DNA of 64,000 nucleotides, taken from NCBI GenBank assembly GCA_963772365.1, contig CAVYXA010000001.1, positions 960,001 to 1,024,000 on the forward strand, in the 5' to 3' direction. The notes under the pieces were generated by a model. The model was not told the origin of the DNA, searched no databases, and worked only from the letters and a program-made list of their open reading frames with translations. A program made the position numbers and the translations under genes. This stretch comes from an uncultured Verrucomicrobiae bacterium (GTDB lineage: Bacteria; Verrucomicrobiota; Verrucomicrobiia; Chthoniobacterales; UBA10450). Of this stretch, positions 10,224-20,651 are shown piece by piece (the first letter of the stretch is position 1; the number at the start of each line of letters is the position of its first letter).

Positions 10224-11074
10224 CAGGCGCGGTAATTCTGGCGGCGGGCCAATCGTCGCGATTTGGGCAGCCCAAGCAACTCGCGAGATTTTGCGGAGAG
10301 AGTCTCCTGCGCCGAACTGTCGATGCTGCGAATGCCGCCGGTTGTTCGCCGATTATCGTCGTGGCCGGCTCTGATAGCGAAGAGTTGGTTCCCGAATTGC
10401 GCGATCTCGATGTTGTAATCGTTGAAAATCCGGGGTGGCGGCGCGGGATTGGAACTTCAATCCGAGCTGGTTTGAAGGTGTTCATCAAGGACAGGCGTTT
10501 TGTTAAGCGCCCTGCGGCGATTGGAAAACCGCCGTTCATTGGAGGAATCATCGGCGATCGAAAGCGCTTGTCGCAGCGCGCAAGTAGTGCCGACGACTGT
10601 GCTCCGTCATCGGGCAAAGCAACGCGAGAACGCGCGCGCACTCCGAAAGCTGACGCGAAATGGAATTTGGCGTCTGGAAAGATTTCGCACGAAGTGCTTT
10701 CGAAGTGCGAAGCGTCCTCGCATCGCTTTCAGCGAATTGCTCGCGACGCCCATAAAGGCGTAATTTTAATGGTGTGCGACCAGCCGTTTGTGGATGCGGG
10801 TGTAATCAAGAAGCTCATCGCGCTGCGGGAGCAAACCGGGAAAGCAATCGTCGCGTCTCGCTATGCGGATACTCTCGGCGTGCCGGCGCTTTTCGATCGT
10901 TCCTGTTTTGAAGAACTCCTTGCACTGGACGACGCCGATGGTGCAAAGCCAATTATTCTGCGCGATCGATCACGAGTGGCCACGCTGCCATTTCCGAACG
11001 GCGAGATCGACATCGATACTGCAAAAGATTTGGAAAAGCTCGCATTGGTGGAACGCGATCTCCGAGCGCGTTAG
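10220..11074 (+). CDS. mocA: Molybdenum cofactor cytidylyltransferase (MocA-like) with a large internal insertion
   Basis: AVILAAGQSSRFGQPKQL, NPGWRRGIGTSI, CDQPFV, GVPALF and DIDT motifs; about 90 extra residues precede CDQP. Confidence 0.85.
   Translation: MTGAVILAAGQSSRFGQPKQLARFCGESLLRRTVDAANAAGCSPIIVVAGSDSEELVPELRDLDVVIVENPGWRRGIGTSIRAGLKVFIKDRRFVKRPAAIGKPPFIGGIIGDRKRLSQRASSADDCAPSSGKATRERARTPKADAKWNLASGKISHEVLSKCEASSHRFQRIARDAHKGVILMVCDQPFVDAGVIKKLIALREQTGKAIVASRYADTLGVPALFDRSCFEELLALDDADGAKPIILRDRSRVATLPFPNGEIDIDTAKDLEKLALVERDLRAR
10616..10729. repeat. Palindromic element (same family as 5897-6006), in frame inside mocA
   Basis: AAAGCAACGCGAGAACGCGCGCGCACTCC...GAAGTGCGAAGCGTCCTCGCATCGCTTT. 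Confidence 0.8.
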
Positions 11075-11179
11075 TAATTCAATCGCACAAGATTGAGTCG
11101 CTTCGCGGCTTCGTTCTTATCATCGTCTTTCGCCACGGCGAATCTTCGATCGGAGAAGCCGATCCACCCTCAAATTAGA

Positions 11180-13347
11180 TCATTTCCCGCCGCCAAAGAA
11201 TCGCCGGAGTGTTTGAAGAATTCGATTGGGAAACTGGGTCGCTTTGCGCCCCGTATCCTCCAGTTTTCCAGCGAACATTTCCTCGCCGCCATGAACTTCG
11301 CACGGCATGGTGGGAATTTTATCCACTGGGAGATCGATTTCGTAGGCGGTGCCGGCAGCCTGACAACCAGTGGTGGCGAGGTGATTCGAGATCGAGCAAA
11401 CCATTGCCCGCTGAATCGGCATGGTGGGCTGCAAATCCTGCGGCGGATAGCGTTGCGCCGCCTTGTTCATTACCTGAACCCAAATTGGCAGAGCCAGGGC
11501 AGAACCATAACCGTGCGGGATGATCGCGACCGGCTGATCGAAGCCGACCCAGACGCCGCACGTGATCGTGCTGGTGAAACCGACAAACCAGGCATCCTTG
11601 TAATCGTTCGTCGTGCCGGTCTTGCCTGCGGCGGCAATTTGAAGCCTAACGATCGAGCGGAAGCGGCTGTCCCTTCGGTGAGCACGTCTTCCATGATCTG
11701 CGATGTCATCCAGGCGGCGCTGGAGTCAAGCGCAGGGGCGGAAATGTGAGCTGCGCGATAAATGGGATTATGATTCTGATCGTCGATCCGTTCGATAATG
11801 TAGGCTTGCTTGCGGACTCCGGCGTTCGGGAACACGGAATACGCTGCGGTGAGGTCACGCAGATCTGTTTCGAACGAACCGATGTAGATGGCCGGCCCGT
11901 GCGGAACATTCTGGCTGAGATTGAGCGTATTAGCGACCTTCTGGACAGAATCGAGTCCAGCGAATTGGCCGACACGTACACTCATCGTATTGCGCGAGTG
12001 GATCAGACCATAAGAGCACGGCTCGATCCCGCCGAAGGTGCCATCCGAATTTGCAGGCGACCAGTTTCCCGCACCCCGAATTTCACCGGGCTGAATCGGT
12101 CCATCGCTGATCGCGGCGCCCGGCAAAAGTCCTTCGGTAAAAGCAACGGTATAAACAAACGGCTTGAAAGCAGATCCGATCTGCCGGTTTGCCGGCGCGA
12201 GTGCGCGATTGAATTTGCTTTGCGAATAATCGCGGCCGCCGACCAGCGCGCGAATGCCGCCACTGGCGTTATCGATCGCCACTAATGCACCTTCGAGATA
12301 AGGCATTGCGCCTTCGTCCCCGTTTTCGGGCGGCTGGTAGTTGGCCTTAATCGGATGATGAAAATTCGACTGGTGCTCGATTTTCGTCAGCTGAGTTTCC
12401 AGCGCGGCTTGAGCAGCGTTTTGCACGGCTGGATCGAGAGTCGTGTAAATGAAGAGACCGCCATTATCGATCTGATCCTGGGTCAGGAGAAGATTCAGAT
12501 CGCGCTGAACGGCGTCCATCGCATAATTCTCCTGGATTTGCAGCATCCGTTTGGGATGCGTGTTCACTCGCGAGCGGCGGGCCTGCGCAGCTTGCGCAGC
12601 CGAAATCTTTTTCAACTCGACCATGCGCTTCAGAACCGCGTCTCGTTGGGCAGCCGCGCCCTCGGGATTTTTTAAAGGCGAAAATCGGTTTGGGCTCCGA
12701 ATCAATCCGGCCAGGAGCGCTGCTTCCGAGAGAGTCAGATCCGAAGCGTGCTTGCCAAAGTATGCTTGGGAAGCGGTCTCCACACCGTAGCAACCGGCAC
12801 CGAAATAGATGCGGTTAATGTAGAGCTCGAGAATTTGTTGTTTGGTGAACTCGCGCTCGATCCGCAGAGCGACCATCGCCTCCAGTAACTTCCGGTTCAA
12901 AGTGCGCCCCCCGAGCGGGAGACTGTTCCGGGCGAGCTGCTGCGTGATGCTGCTTGCGCCTTCCTTGGCGGAACCGCTGAGGATATCGCGAATCAAAGCA
13001 CGCAAAATTCCGCGATAATCGATTCCGTCATGCTGATAGAAACGCGTGTCCTCGCGAGCGAGCAGAGCATCGATAAAATAAGGCGAGACTTCGCTCAGTG
13101 AAACCTTGAGCCGGTTCGCTCCGGCCAGACGACTGTAGATTTTTCCATCGACATCGAACACCGTATTACGCTCCGGCATTTGGCCGACCTTTTTCATGTC
13201 GAAGGTCTCTGCCCATACGCCGTAAAAAACGATTACGCCAAGCCCGCCAGCGACGACCAGACCGAGCAGGGTCAGCTTCCAGCCGAAACGGAGAAAACCT
13301 TTGCCTGTTCTCTTCTTCCTTTTTCGGAAGCGGGCGAAGAGTTTCAT
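11180..13347 (-). CDS. Class A penicillin-binding protein (PBP1A family), frameshift near 11630
   Basis: EDTRFYQHDG and GASSITQQLARN (transglycosylase); GSAFKPF and SRN motifs. KTGTT appears after the shift, and that frame runs to the stop at 11180. Confidence 0.88.
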
Positions 13348-13473
13348 GGACTAGAAATAATCTAGCCGCACATGGGATTCAGCGAAAGGAAACCAAGTCG
13401 GTCGCTGATTGGGAAGAGATTTCAGGGCGTCCGTGCCCGACGCCGAGGCGTTTCACAGAAACGCTCTACAACA

Positions 13474-13811
13474 TCACAGATTGAGCTTCACCACGCCTTC
13501 GTGCACTTCATTTGCGCACGGGGCATTGGTGGGGACATCGGTGGCAGCGTCGCTCGGCTGAACAATCCCTTTGTCGATCAGATATTTCTCGACTTCTTCG
13601 CCGCTAATATCGGCCAGCATTTGACCGTTAATTTCGACGCAGGGCGAAAGCGGCTGACCACTCTTCGTTTCCATCTCCCAGCGAAAAGCCGGATTCTGGA
13701 TGATGTCCTTTTCCGTGTAGGCGAGATTGTATTTGGCCAGAACGGCGCGAACACGCCGCCGCTCCAACCGCAATAGGTCTTGAGATAGGCAGTGATTTGG
13801 GGTGTGTCCAT
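13474..13811 (-). CDS. Glutaredoxin-like protein (CGWS), frameshift near 13760
   Basis: MDTPQITAYLKTYCGWS joined to VRAVLAKYNLAYTEKDI...SGQPLSPCVEING. Confidence 0.8.
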
Positions 13812-13903
13812 TGTGAGAAATGTAACATCAAACCACCAGGTGAAAACCCTAAAATCAAAACCAAAGGATCATTCAAGCTGGCATACCAAAACTCCAGCCG
13901 ACT

Positions 13904-13977
13904 TGTCATCCTGAGCGGAAGCGAAGGATCTCAATTTATTGAAAAAATGAAGATGTTTCGCTTCGCTCAACATGACA
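13904..13977. repeat. REP-like inverted pair (GTCATCCTGAGC family)
   Basis: TGTCATCCTGAGCGGAAGCGAAGGATCT...AGATGTTTCGCTTCGCTCAACATGACA; relatives at 10185-10225, 38613-38694, 56459-56487 and 59194/62136. Confidence 0.85.
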
Positions 13978-13996
13978 CAAAAGGGAAACGGCAGAT

Positions 13997-14595
13997 TTAA
14001 ATTTTATGTCGAAGCGGCCGGATCGATTGGGTCAGCTTTTGCAAACCCAATTCGAGCCGTGTCTTCACCGTACCCAATGGCGCCTGGGTGGCATTGGCAA
14101 TCTCGCGATGGCTCAGTCCATTAAAAAAGCCAGCTCGATCGCCTCCCGTTGAAACCGGGGCAGATTTCGCATTCGCTGTTTAAGAAAACGACGCAAATCT
14201 GAAAGAACAAACGAGCGCTCCGCATCGCGTCTTGGTCGTTGCGGCTGGCGCTCAAGCTGTTCGCGATAGCGTTCCGTTGCGCGGTAGTACGCTTGTCGCC
14301 GGCGAAGTCGATCAATGGCGCGGCGGCGGGCGATAGTGACAATCCAGCCCAAAGGTTTGCCCGCCTTTGGCGAGTAGTTGTTCGCTTCCTTCCAGATCTG
14401 AAGAAAAATTTCCTGCAACACGTCGTCGGCTTCGGCGTTTTCGTGAACGAGGCTGTCGATCACGCTGCGCAGCATGTGGCCATAACGATCGTAGAGTTCA
14501 TCCAGGGCGGATTGGTTCCGTCGGGAGATTTTCTGCAGAAGCGCTTCATCCGGTACAGTGGAGAGTACGTTGGGGTCGAGTGTTGGTTTAAGCAT
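13997..14595 (-). CDS. ECF RNA polymerase sigma factor (SigK-like), frameshift near 14118
   Basis: ADDVLQEIFLQIW and WIVTIARRRAIDRLRR; region 4 GLSHREIA...LGTVKTRLELGL follows in the shifted frame to TAA at 13997. Confidence 0.88.
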
Positions 14596-14625
14596 GGCGA
14601 AGGTTCAGGGTTGTGCCGCTCCCGT

Positions 14626-14931
14626 TCAGAGAAGCAGGGCGGTGTTTTCTTTTATGCCCAGCGCCATCGACCAATCTTGATAGGCTTTGCGGGAGATCAG
14701 TGGATTTCCCGGGTAGACCCAGTGTCGCGGCGTGGATTTACAAGTTTCGGTTGGGCAATGGAGCATCCATCTGCCACGGCCTGCTCTTATGATGTCCACC
14801 TGGCGACCAGTGAATGTCCTGTCGCACAAGATGCAAAACCGCTGGTCATCCAACGAATCCCAATCGCGGAACCGATCTTGCCTTTTCAAGATCGACAACC
14901 GCTCCTCAATCAGAATGCGTGCCTTTGACAT
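14626..14931 (-). CDS. Small putative Zn-ribbon protein (CxxC...CPTxxC), paralogue 1
   Basis: RLSILKRQDRFRDWDSLDDQRFCILC...CPTETC..PRHWVYP. Confidence 0.75.
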   Translation of the reverse strand: MSKARILIEERLSILKRQDRFRDWDSLDDQRFCILCDRTFTGRQVDIIRAGRGRWMLHCPTETCKSTPRHWVYPGNPLISRKAYQDWSMALGIKENTALLL

Positions 14932-15074
14932 GGTAAAACGCTTTCCTGTTCTTCGAAGATCAACAATCGGGATGGAGGCTGATCATTGGCTAAGAGAAAC
15001 TCTGACCAAGGTTTAGCGTCGGATCAGCAAACGAGTCTAGGAGCGTCGAGGAAATGAACGTGGCGCTGATCGAA

Positions 15075-15431
15075 TTATTGAACAGCCCTGGCGTTCCCGA
15101 TTCGTTCCAGAACCTCTTCTGGAGGCCGCACCCAATCCATCGGAATGGACTGACAATTTTCAGTCGGACAAATGATGCGCAGAGGCCCGTGAGAACGATT
15201 CCCGCCGACCACCTGGATTTCGTGGCCATTGATAAGCTTGCTGCAGCCCAGGCAATACCGTTTGTCTTCGAGCGAATGCCAGGTCCGATATTTATCCAGA
15301 CGCTGCAGAACTTGCAACTTATCTTTATCCACAATTTGATAGGTGAAAGAAACTGGCCACAACAGGCCAGAATGCCTAAGAAACGAAACTGCGACACAAT
15401 CAGCCGGACGGCGTAACGAAGTATCGGTCAA
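15075..15431 (-). CDS. Small putative Zn-ribbon protein (CxxC...CPTxxC), paralogue 2 (start uncertain)
   Basis: KLQVLQRLDKYRTWHSLEDKRYCLGC...CPTENC..PMDWVRP aligns with 14626..14931. Confidence 0.7.
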   Translation of the reverse strand: MTDTSLRRPADCVAVSFLRHSGLLWPVSFTYQIVDKDKLQVLQRLDKYRTWHSLEDKRYCLGCSKLINGHEIQVVGGNRSHGPLRIICPTENCQSIPMDWVRPPEEVLERIGNARAVQ

Positions 15432-15647
15432 AAACCTATCCTCACCGAAAGGCTGATTGACAGAAATTAGTCGTCCGCGAAAAAATGTCGATGCGAGCGG
15501 GAAAGCTGAGAACGAAATTTCGCGATTTACGGCATGCGTTTTTCATGAAATCGAAGAGCGATTATCGATGAACCTTCCGCCGAAACAAATGCTCCCGAGC
15601 GAGAGACATCTTGGAGTCGCGCAAAAAAAGCACTCGGGCCGATCGGT

Positions 15648-16427
15648 GTGGTTCTTGTCGTTATCGTGAAGTTTTTTGCGAAGCTCAAGTTCGCCCTTTT
15701 GCCGGCATTGAAGTTTCTGCCGGTGATTCTGAAATCCGGCGGCACCATGCTGCTGATGCTCTGGGTCTATACCCAGCTCTGGGGTTGGAGATTCGCCGTT
15801 GGGTTCGTCATCCTTTTGCTTGTGCACGAGTGCGGGCATTTGCTCGTTGCCAGAAAATTCGGGCTAAAAGTCGGCGCGCCGATTTTTATTCCATTCATGG
15901 GCGCGTTCATTGCGTTCAAAGAGGCCCCACGCAATGCCTGGATGGAAGCCTGCGTCGGAATCGGCGGCCCGATGCTGGGCACATTCGGAGCGCTGGTTTG
16001 CAATGTGACCGGCGAGTTCACGGATATGCCAATTTTCTTCGCTCTCGCCTGGTTTGGTTACTTTCTGAACCTGTTCAATCTCACTCCCGTGGGAATGCTG
16101 GATGGCGGACGCATCGTCACCGCTCTGTCACGCTGGCTCTGGTTGCCTGGATTTGCGCTGCTCCTGTGGTTCGGGTGGAAATATCCGAATTTCATCGTCT
16201 GGCTCATGGTGATCCTTTCCATCCCGCGCATTTACTCTCTCTTCCGGAAACGGACCGAGGAGGAGCAACGCTACTTCGAGGTAACGCCCGCCCAGCGTTG
16301 GACGATGTCGATCCTATATTTCGGGCTCATCGCCGTCTTAATTTTCGGCATGCAGCTTGCCCAGGAGGATCTGCACAAGCGCGGGGTGCGCGCACACAAC
16401 AAAGGGCGCGATATTTTAGTCCAGTAG
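15648..16427 (+). CDS. Site-2 protease (peptidase M50)
   Basis: HECGH zinc motif, NLTPVGMLDGG and multiple transmembrane segments. Confidence 0.9.
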   Translation: MVLVVIVKFFAKLKFALLPALKFLPVILKSGGTMLLMLWVYTQLWGWRFAVGFVILLLVHECGHLLVARKFGLKVGAPIFIPFMGAFIAFKEAPRNAWMEACVGIGGPMLGTFGALVCNVTGEFTDMPIFFALAWFGYFLNLFNLTPVGMLDGGRIVTALSRWLWLPGFALLLWFGWKYPNFIVWLMVILSIPRIYSLFRKRTEEEQRYFEVTPAQRWTMSILYFGLIAVLIFGMQLAQEDLHKRGVRAHNKGRDILVQ

Positions 16428-16448
16428 TACTTCCGCCGCCTTGATTCG

Positions 16449-18171
16449 TTAGATCATATACATCGGCCGGCTTCGCGGTTTGAGAGATTGGCGCATTAAC
16501 CGCAAATACTTTTTCCGGGTCGAGTCCGATTTTCCGCAAGATGGACAGGAACCGTTTATCAGAGCGCAACGGTATGAATTCGGGTGCGATCCCGACCATA
16601 TGCAGGGATGAGGAGCGCTGCTCGCAGGCCCGTTCCAGTTCTTGAATGGCATTGTCATGCGTCGCCCAATGCCACATGAACATGGGCTGACGCGTCGCCG
16701 GGCAGTGTAGCGATCGATTCGCGCGATGGCAGTTTGGAGAGTCTCGAGCGCGCTTCCTCGCGGCCGATTCATCCGCGCAAAGGTAATGGCCAGACCAAAT
16801 GCCGGTCTGCCGGCGACGCCTGCGCCTTTTTATACAGCGCGATCGCTTCGTCGAATCGCCCCGTCTCGCGATATAGCGCGCCAAGCCGGCTCGCCATAAG
16901 CCACAAATATCGGATCAAGTTGCAATGCCCGTTCACCCGCCGCGACTGCTTCGTCGTACAGACCAAAATAGCGGTAGAGCTCACAGGCAGAGTTGTTGAC
17001 CCAGAGCGATGCCGGATCCATCTTTGAGGTGCGCTTCAGGAAAGCCAGCGCTTTGTCGCGATCGCCTCGCGCGCCATAAAACGCCGCGATGAAATAATTG
17101 GACGAGGTCGAGCTCGGATCGATGGCGAAAGCGCGTTTGTATTCACTCTCCGCATCATCAAGGTCCCAATCGAGAATGCGTTTTGTCTCGGCAAGATAAA
17201 CATGCGCTTCTGCTTCGTTATTGTCGATCTTAAGTGCATTGAGTGCGGCATCACGGACTTTCGGATACCCTCCAACGGCGAAACGATAAATATCCGCCAG
17301 CCAGAGCCATGCTTTGCAATACCCGTCCAGGCCCGGGCAAATTGCGGATCTTTCTCCAGCGCGCGTTGGAAAAATTCCAGACTCTGCCGAAGCGCCTCCT
17401 CGTGCTCTTGTCGGAATAGAGAAGTCCTCGCAGATAAATCTTCATAAGCATCTGTGCTGGGCACGAGTCGCGAAACCGAGCGGCACTGCGTGAATATCGA
17501 GCTTTAATTTCAAGACATCGACAATTGCGCGCGTAATTTCATCCTCCAGCGCGAAAATTCCCTGCAACTCGCGATCGAATGTTTCCGACCAGAGAGTAAA
17601 ACCGTCATGCAGCATCGATCAGCTCCGCCGTGATTCGAACACGATTGCCATCGCGGCGCACGGTGCCTTCGAACACATGCTCGACATTTAGCTTCTCGCG
17701 ATTTCCTTCACCGTCGCTTTTTTGTCCTTTGAACCAAAACGAGGAGCGGCGCGCGGCAACGCGCAGCCCGTCGATCTTGGCCAGCGCCGTTAGGATTTCC
17801 TCAGCGATACCTTCACTGAAATAATCATGATCTTTTTGCGGGCTGAGATCGGCGAACGGCAAAACCGCGATCGATTTTTCGAAACAGATCGGGCGTTTGG
17901 GCGATACCGATCTTGACTTCAGACGATTTCAATCCGGCGTGCGGACGATTCCATATCGGGTGAGATCGAAAAACCAAGCGAGCACGAACGCAAGCGGAAA
18001 ACCGGCAATGATCAGGACGACGATAGACGCACAACCCAGTTTGGAGCATCGAACACCGGAAGAAGTTGCGCGATGCCCTGGGCCAGTGCCCACGCGCCAA
18101 CGGCATAAGCAATCGCGACGGTATAAACTTTTCTGCCGTTTCAGTTCGCCGAAAAAATCTTTCGGATTCAC
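16449..18171 (-). CDS. Membrane-anchored TolB-like/TPR protein, multiply frameshifted
   Basis: Fragments MNPKDFFGELKR, AGFPLAFVLAWFFDLT, PFADLSPQKDHDYFSEGIAEEIL, TPR repeats and PLRSDKRF across frames. Confidence 0.7.
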
Positions 18172-20565
18172 GGATTTGTTGCGACAATCAGTTTTTGAAA
18201 TTCCGGATCATTGCGAAGCGGGTCCCATTCCCAGCGAGATTTCAGGTCGTTAATGGTAATGCTGTAGTCGGCGCTATCCACCGCGCCGGGAATGGCCAGC
18301 AGATGGCGAAGCAACTCGATGGCTCTGTGCTTTTTCGCCAGTCCGGGCATAAATCAAGGCGAGGACAGCCTTTCAGGAGCGTGCCATCCAGCGCATCCTG
18401 TGATTCGGGACAGCAATTCGACGGCGCGCTTGCCTTCTCGAATGGCGCGTTCCTTGTCGCCAGCAAGTGCGCAGGCCAGACCGAAAAAGGCGTGTCGCTC
18501 AGGGCCGTCAGGCGCTTCTTCAACGGCGGTCAGCGAAAAATCGCGAGCCTGAGCGAAATTGTTGTCGAGCCGCCGCAGTTATCCCCGCGCATAAGCGCAA
18601 TTTCACCGGCAAAGAGACTGCGCGGGAGCATCAACAGCGTTGAAATAGGAAAAGGTTTCACGTGGCGAGCTGAGCAGAGCCCCTCAGCTGCGGCAGGATC
18701 GCGATCGATCAGGTTCGCGTCGATCCGGGAACCAGTGATAAAGCCATCGGGATCTTCCCCGGCGGGAATCGTCGCCATTTCGCTTTTCAAGCGCGCCGTC
18801 GATGCCTTTTTTCCAAAACTCGACGTAGCCTATTTGCGTTTTGCATTCAATGAATTTGGCGTTAGCGCAAGAAGACGTTGTGCGGTCGCTTCCGTGTTCG
18901 GCCAATCGCGCATGCCGCAGTAAACATAGAGGAGATCCCGCAGGATATTGGCATTCTGGGGATCGAGTAGCAGAATCCGCCGATAATCTTGGGCCGCTTC
19001 CTGCCACTTGCCCTGCCGGCGCTTGATCGCGGCGATATGCCAGGCAATCTCCGCTGTCGTTAGGCAGAAGCGATTGAGCAATGGCGAATTGTCGCAAAGC
19101 GCTCTCGTAATCGCGATCGAACCAGTAATAGCACAGACCCAACGCGTGATGGCCTTCGCCCAAATTCGGCTCCAGTTCCAGTGATTTTTCTGCTTGGTCC
19201 CGGGCCTGTTTTCTCCACACTCAGTCGGTTCATAAAAGTGATAAATGCGGGCGCAAGTAGTCGATAGACCGACATGGGCAAGGGCAAACTGGGGATCAAG
19301 CGTGATTGCCTGCAGATAAAGCTGTTCCGCGGTCCGATAGATCCTGGAGAAAAGTGTCTGGGCTTAAACTCATAATGCCGCGCCTGAAGATAAAGATCGT
19401 AAGCCTGAGGATTGTTTGTTGGCTTGCGTTGAAATTGCGCTTTTTCTTCCGGCGTCAGCGTTGCTCGCAGAGGCGTCGGCGACTTCATGGGCGAGCTGGC
19501 CTTGCATGCTCAGCGAACTGTTCAGTGTCATGTCATAGCGATTAGCCCAAAATGTCGATCCTGGCGGGCATCGATCAACTGAACATTGATCGCCACACGG
19601 TCGCCTTGCCGGCCGAACACTTCCCTCGAGCACATTGGCCGCCCCCAGCTCCTGGCCGATTTCGCGGACACTGGCTTTTTGGTGGCCCGCGGTAATTTTC
19701 CACCGATGTGCGGCTGATTACTCGCAGATCGTGAACCTTGGCCAGGCTCGTCAGGATATCGTCCTCGAATCCCATCGCCAAAAAACACAATCGATTTGTC
19801 ATCACTGAAGCTTTCGAAAGGAAGAACAGCGATCGACTTGTCTGGTAATGGGGTTTGATCGGTGGACCGGTTTTTCCAAAACCACCCAGCTGCGCTAAAA
19901 GGATTAGCGGACTTATGCCTCCCGCCGCATTATCTGCAACAGAAACGCAACCGGCGCGCTCTGGCCAGCCCTGGCGGTTGCCGCCGCAACTTTTCGGCGG
20001 AGCCGCGATTGCCAAAATCCGGCCCATGCAAGACTAAACAGATGAACTGTGACATCGTGCTTCACGCCACATTCGCCGACTATCATGTAAATACTGCTCC
20101 CATTCGCGGAATTGGCCGATATCGTCTGCGACACGCTGGGAAAGAAGAATGTGCCCCGCGTCACCACAATCCATTACCCGCTGGGCGAGGTTGATCCCTG
20201 AGCCGGCAACATTGGTTCCAAGATCGACATCCTCCACCTGCGTAATCGGTCCGCTATTGATTCCCATGCGAATTGCAAGTGCTGATATCCGAACGAAGCC
20301 GCCGCGCAATTTCCACCGCACAACGCACCGGTGCTTCCGGCGTCGTAAAAAAAATAAGGGCGGTGCCATCGCCTGTGGGAAGTCGAATGACTTTTCCTCT
20401 AGCTTCGGCCCATTGGAATTCCTTGCTGCTCGCGCACTGACCGCGTTCAAATTCTGCACCCTGGAATGTTGATCATCAATGAGCAGCTTCGAATAGCCGA
20501 CGATATCGATGAGCAGAACGTGCGCGATTTCCAGTTTGGCACCCGCTGAGGGTCTCGTTGGTCAT
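18168..20565 (-). CDS. Class III adenylate/guanylate cyclase-TolB-like-TPR protein, multiply frameshifted
   Basis: LEIAHVLLIDIVGYSKL, RMGINSGP...NVAGSGINLAQRVMDCGDAGHILLS, LAKVHDLRVISRTS, KPTNNPQAYDLYLQA and WDPLRNDPEFQKL. Confidence 0.72.
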
Positions 20566-20651
20566 TTGGATCAAACCTGGCTGTAAGGCTAATTAAGGCG
20601 GCGAGTCGCCCTTTCACAAGCGGAAGCTCGCCGGTGATGCTATTTTGTCGG

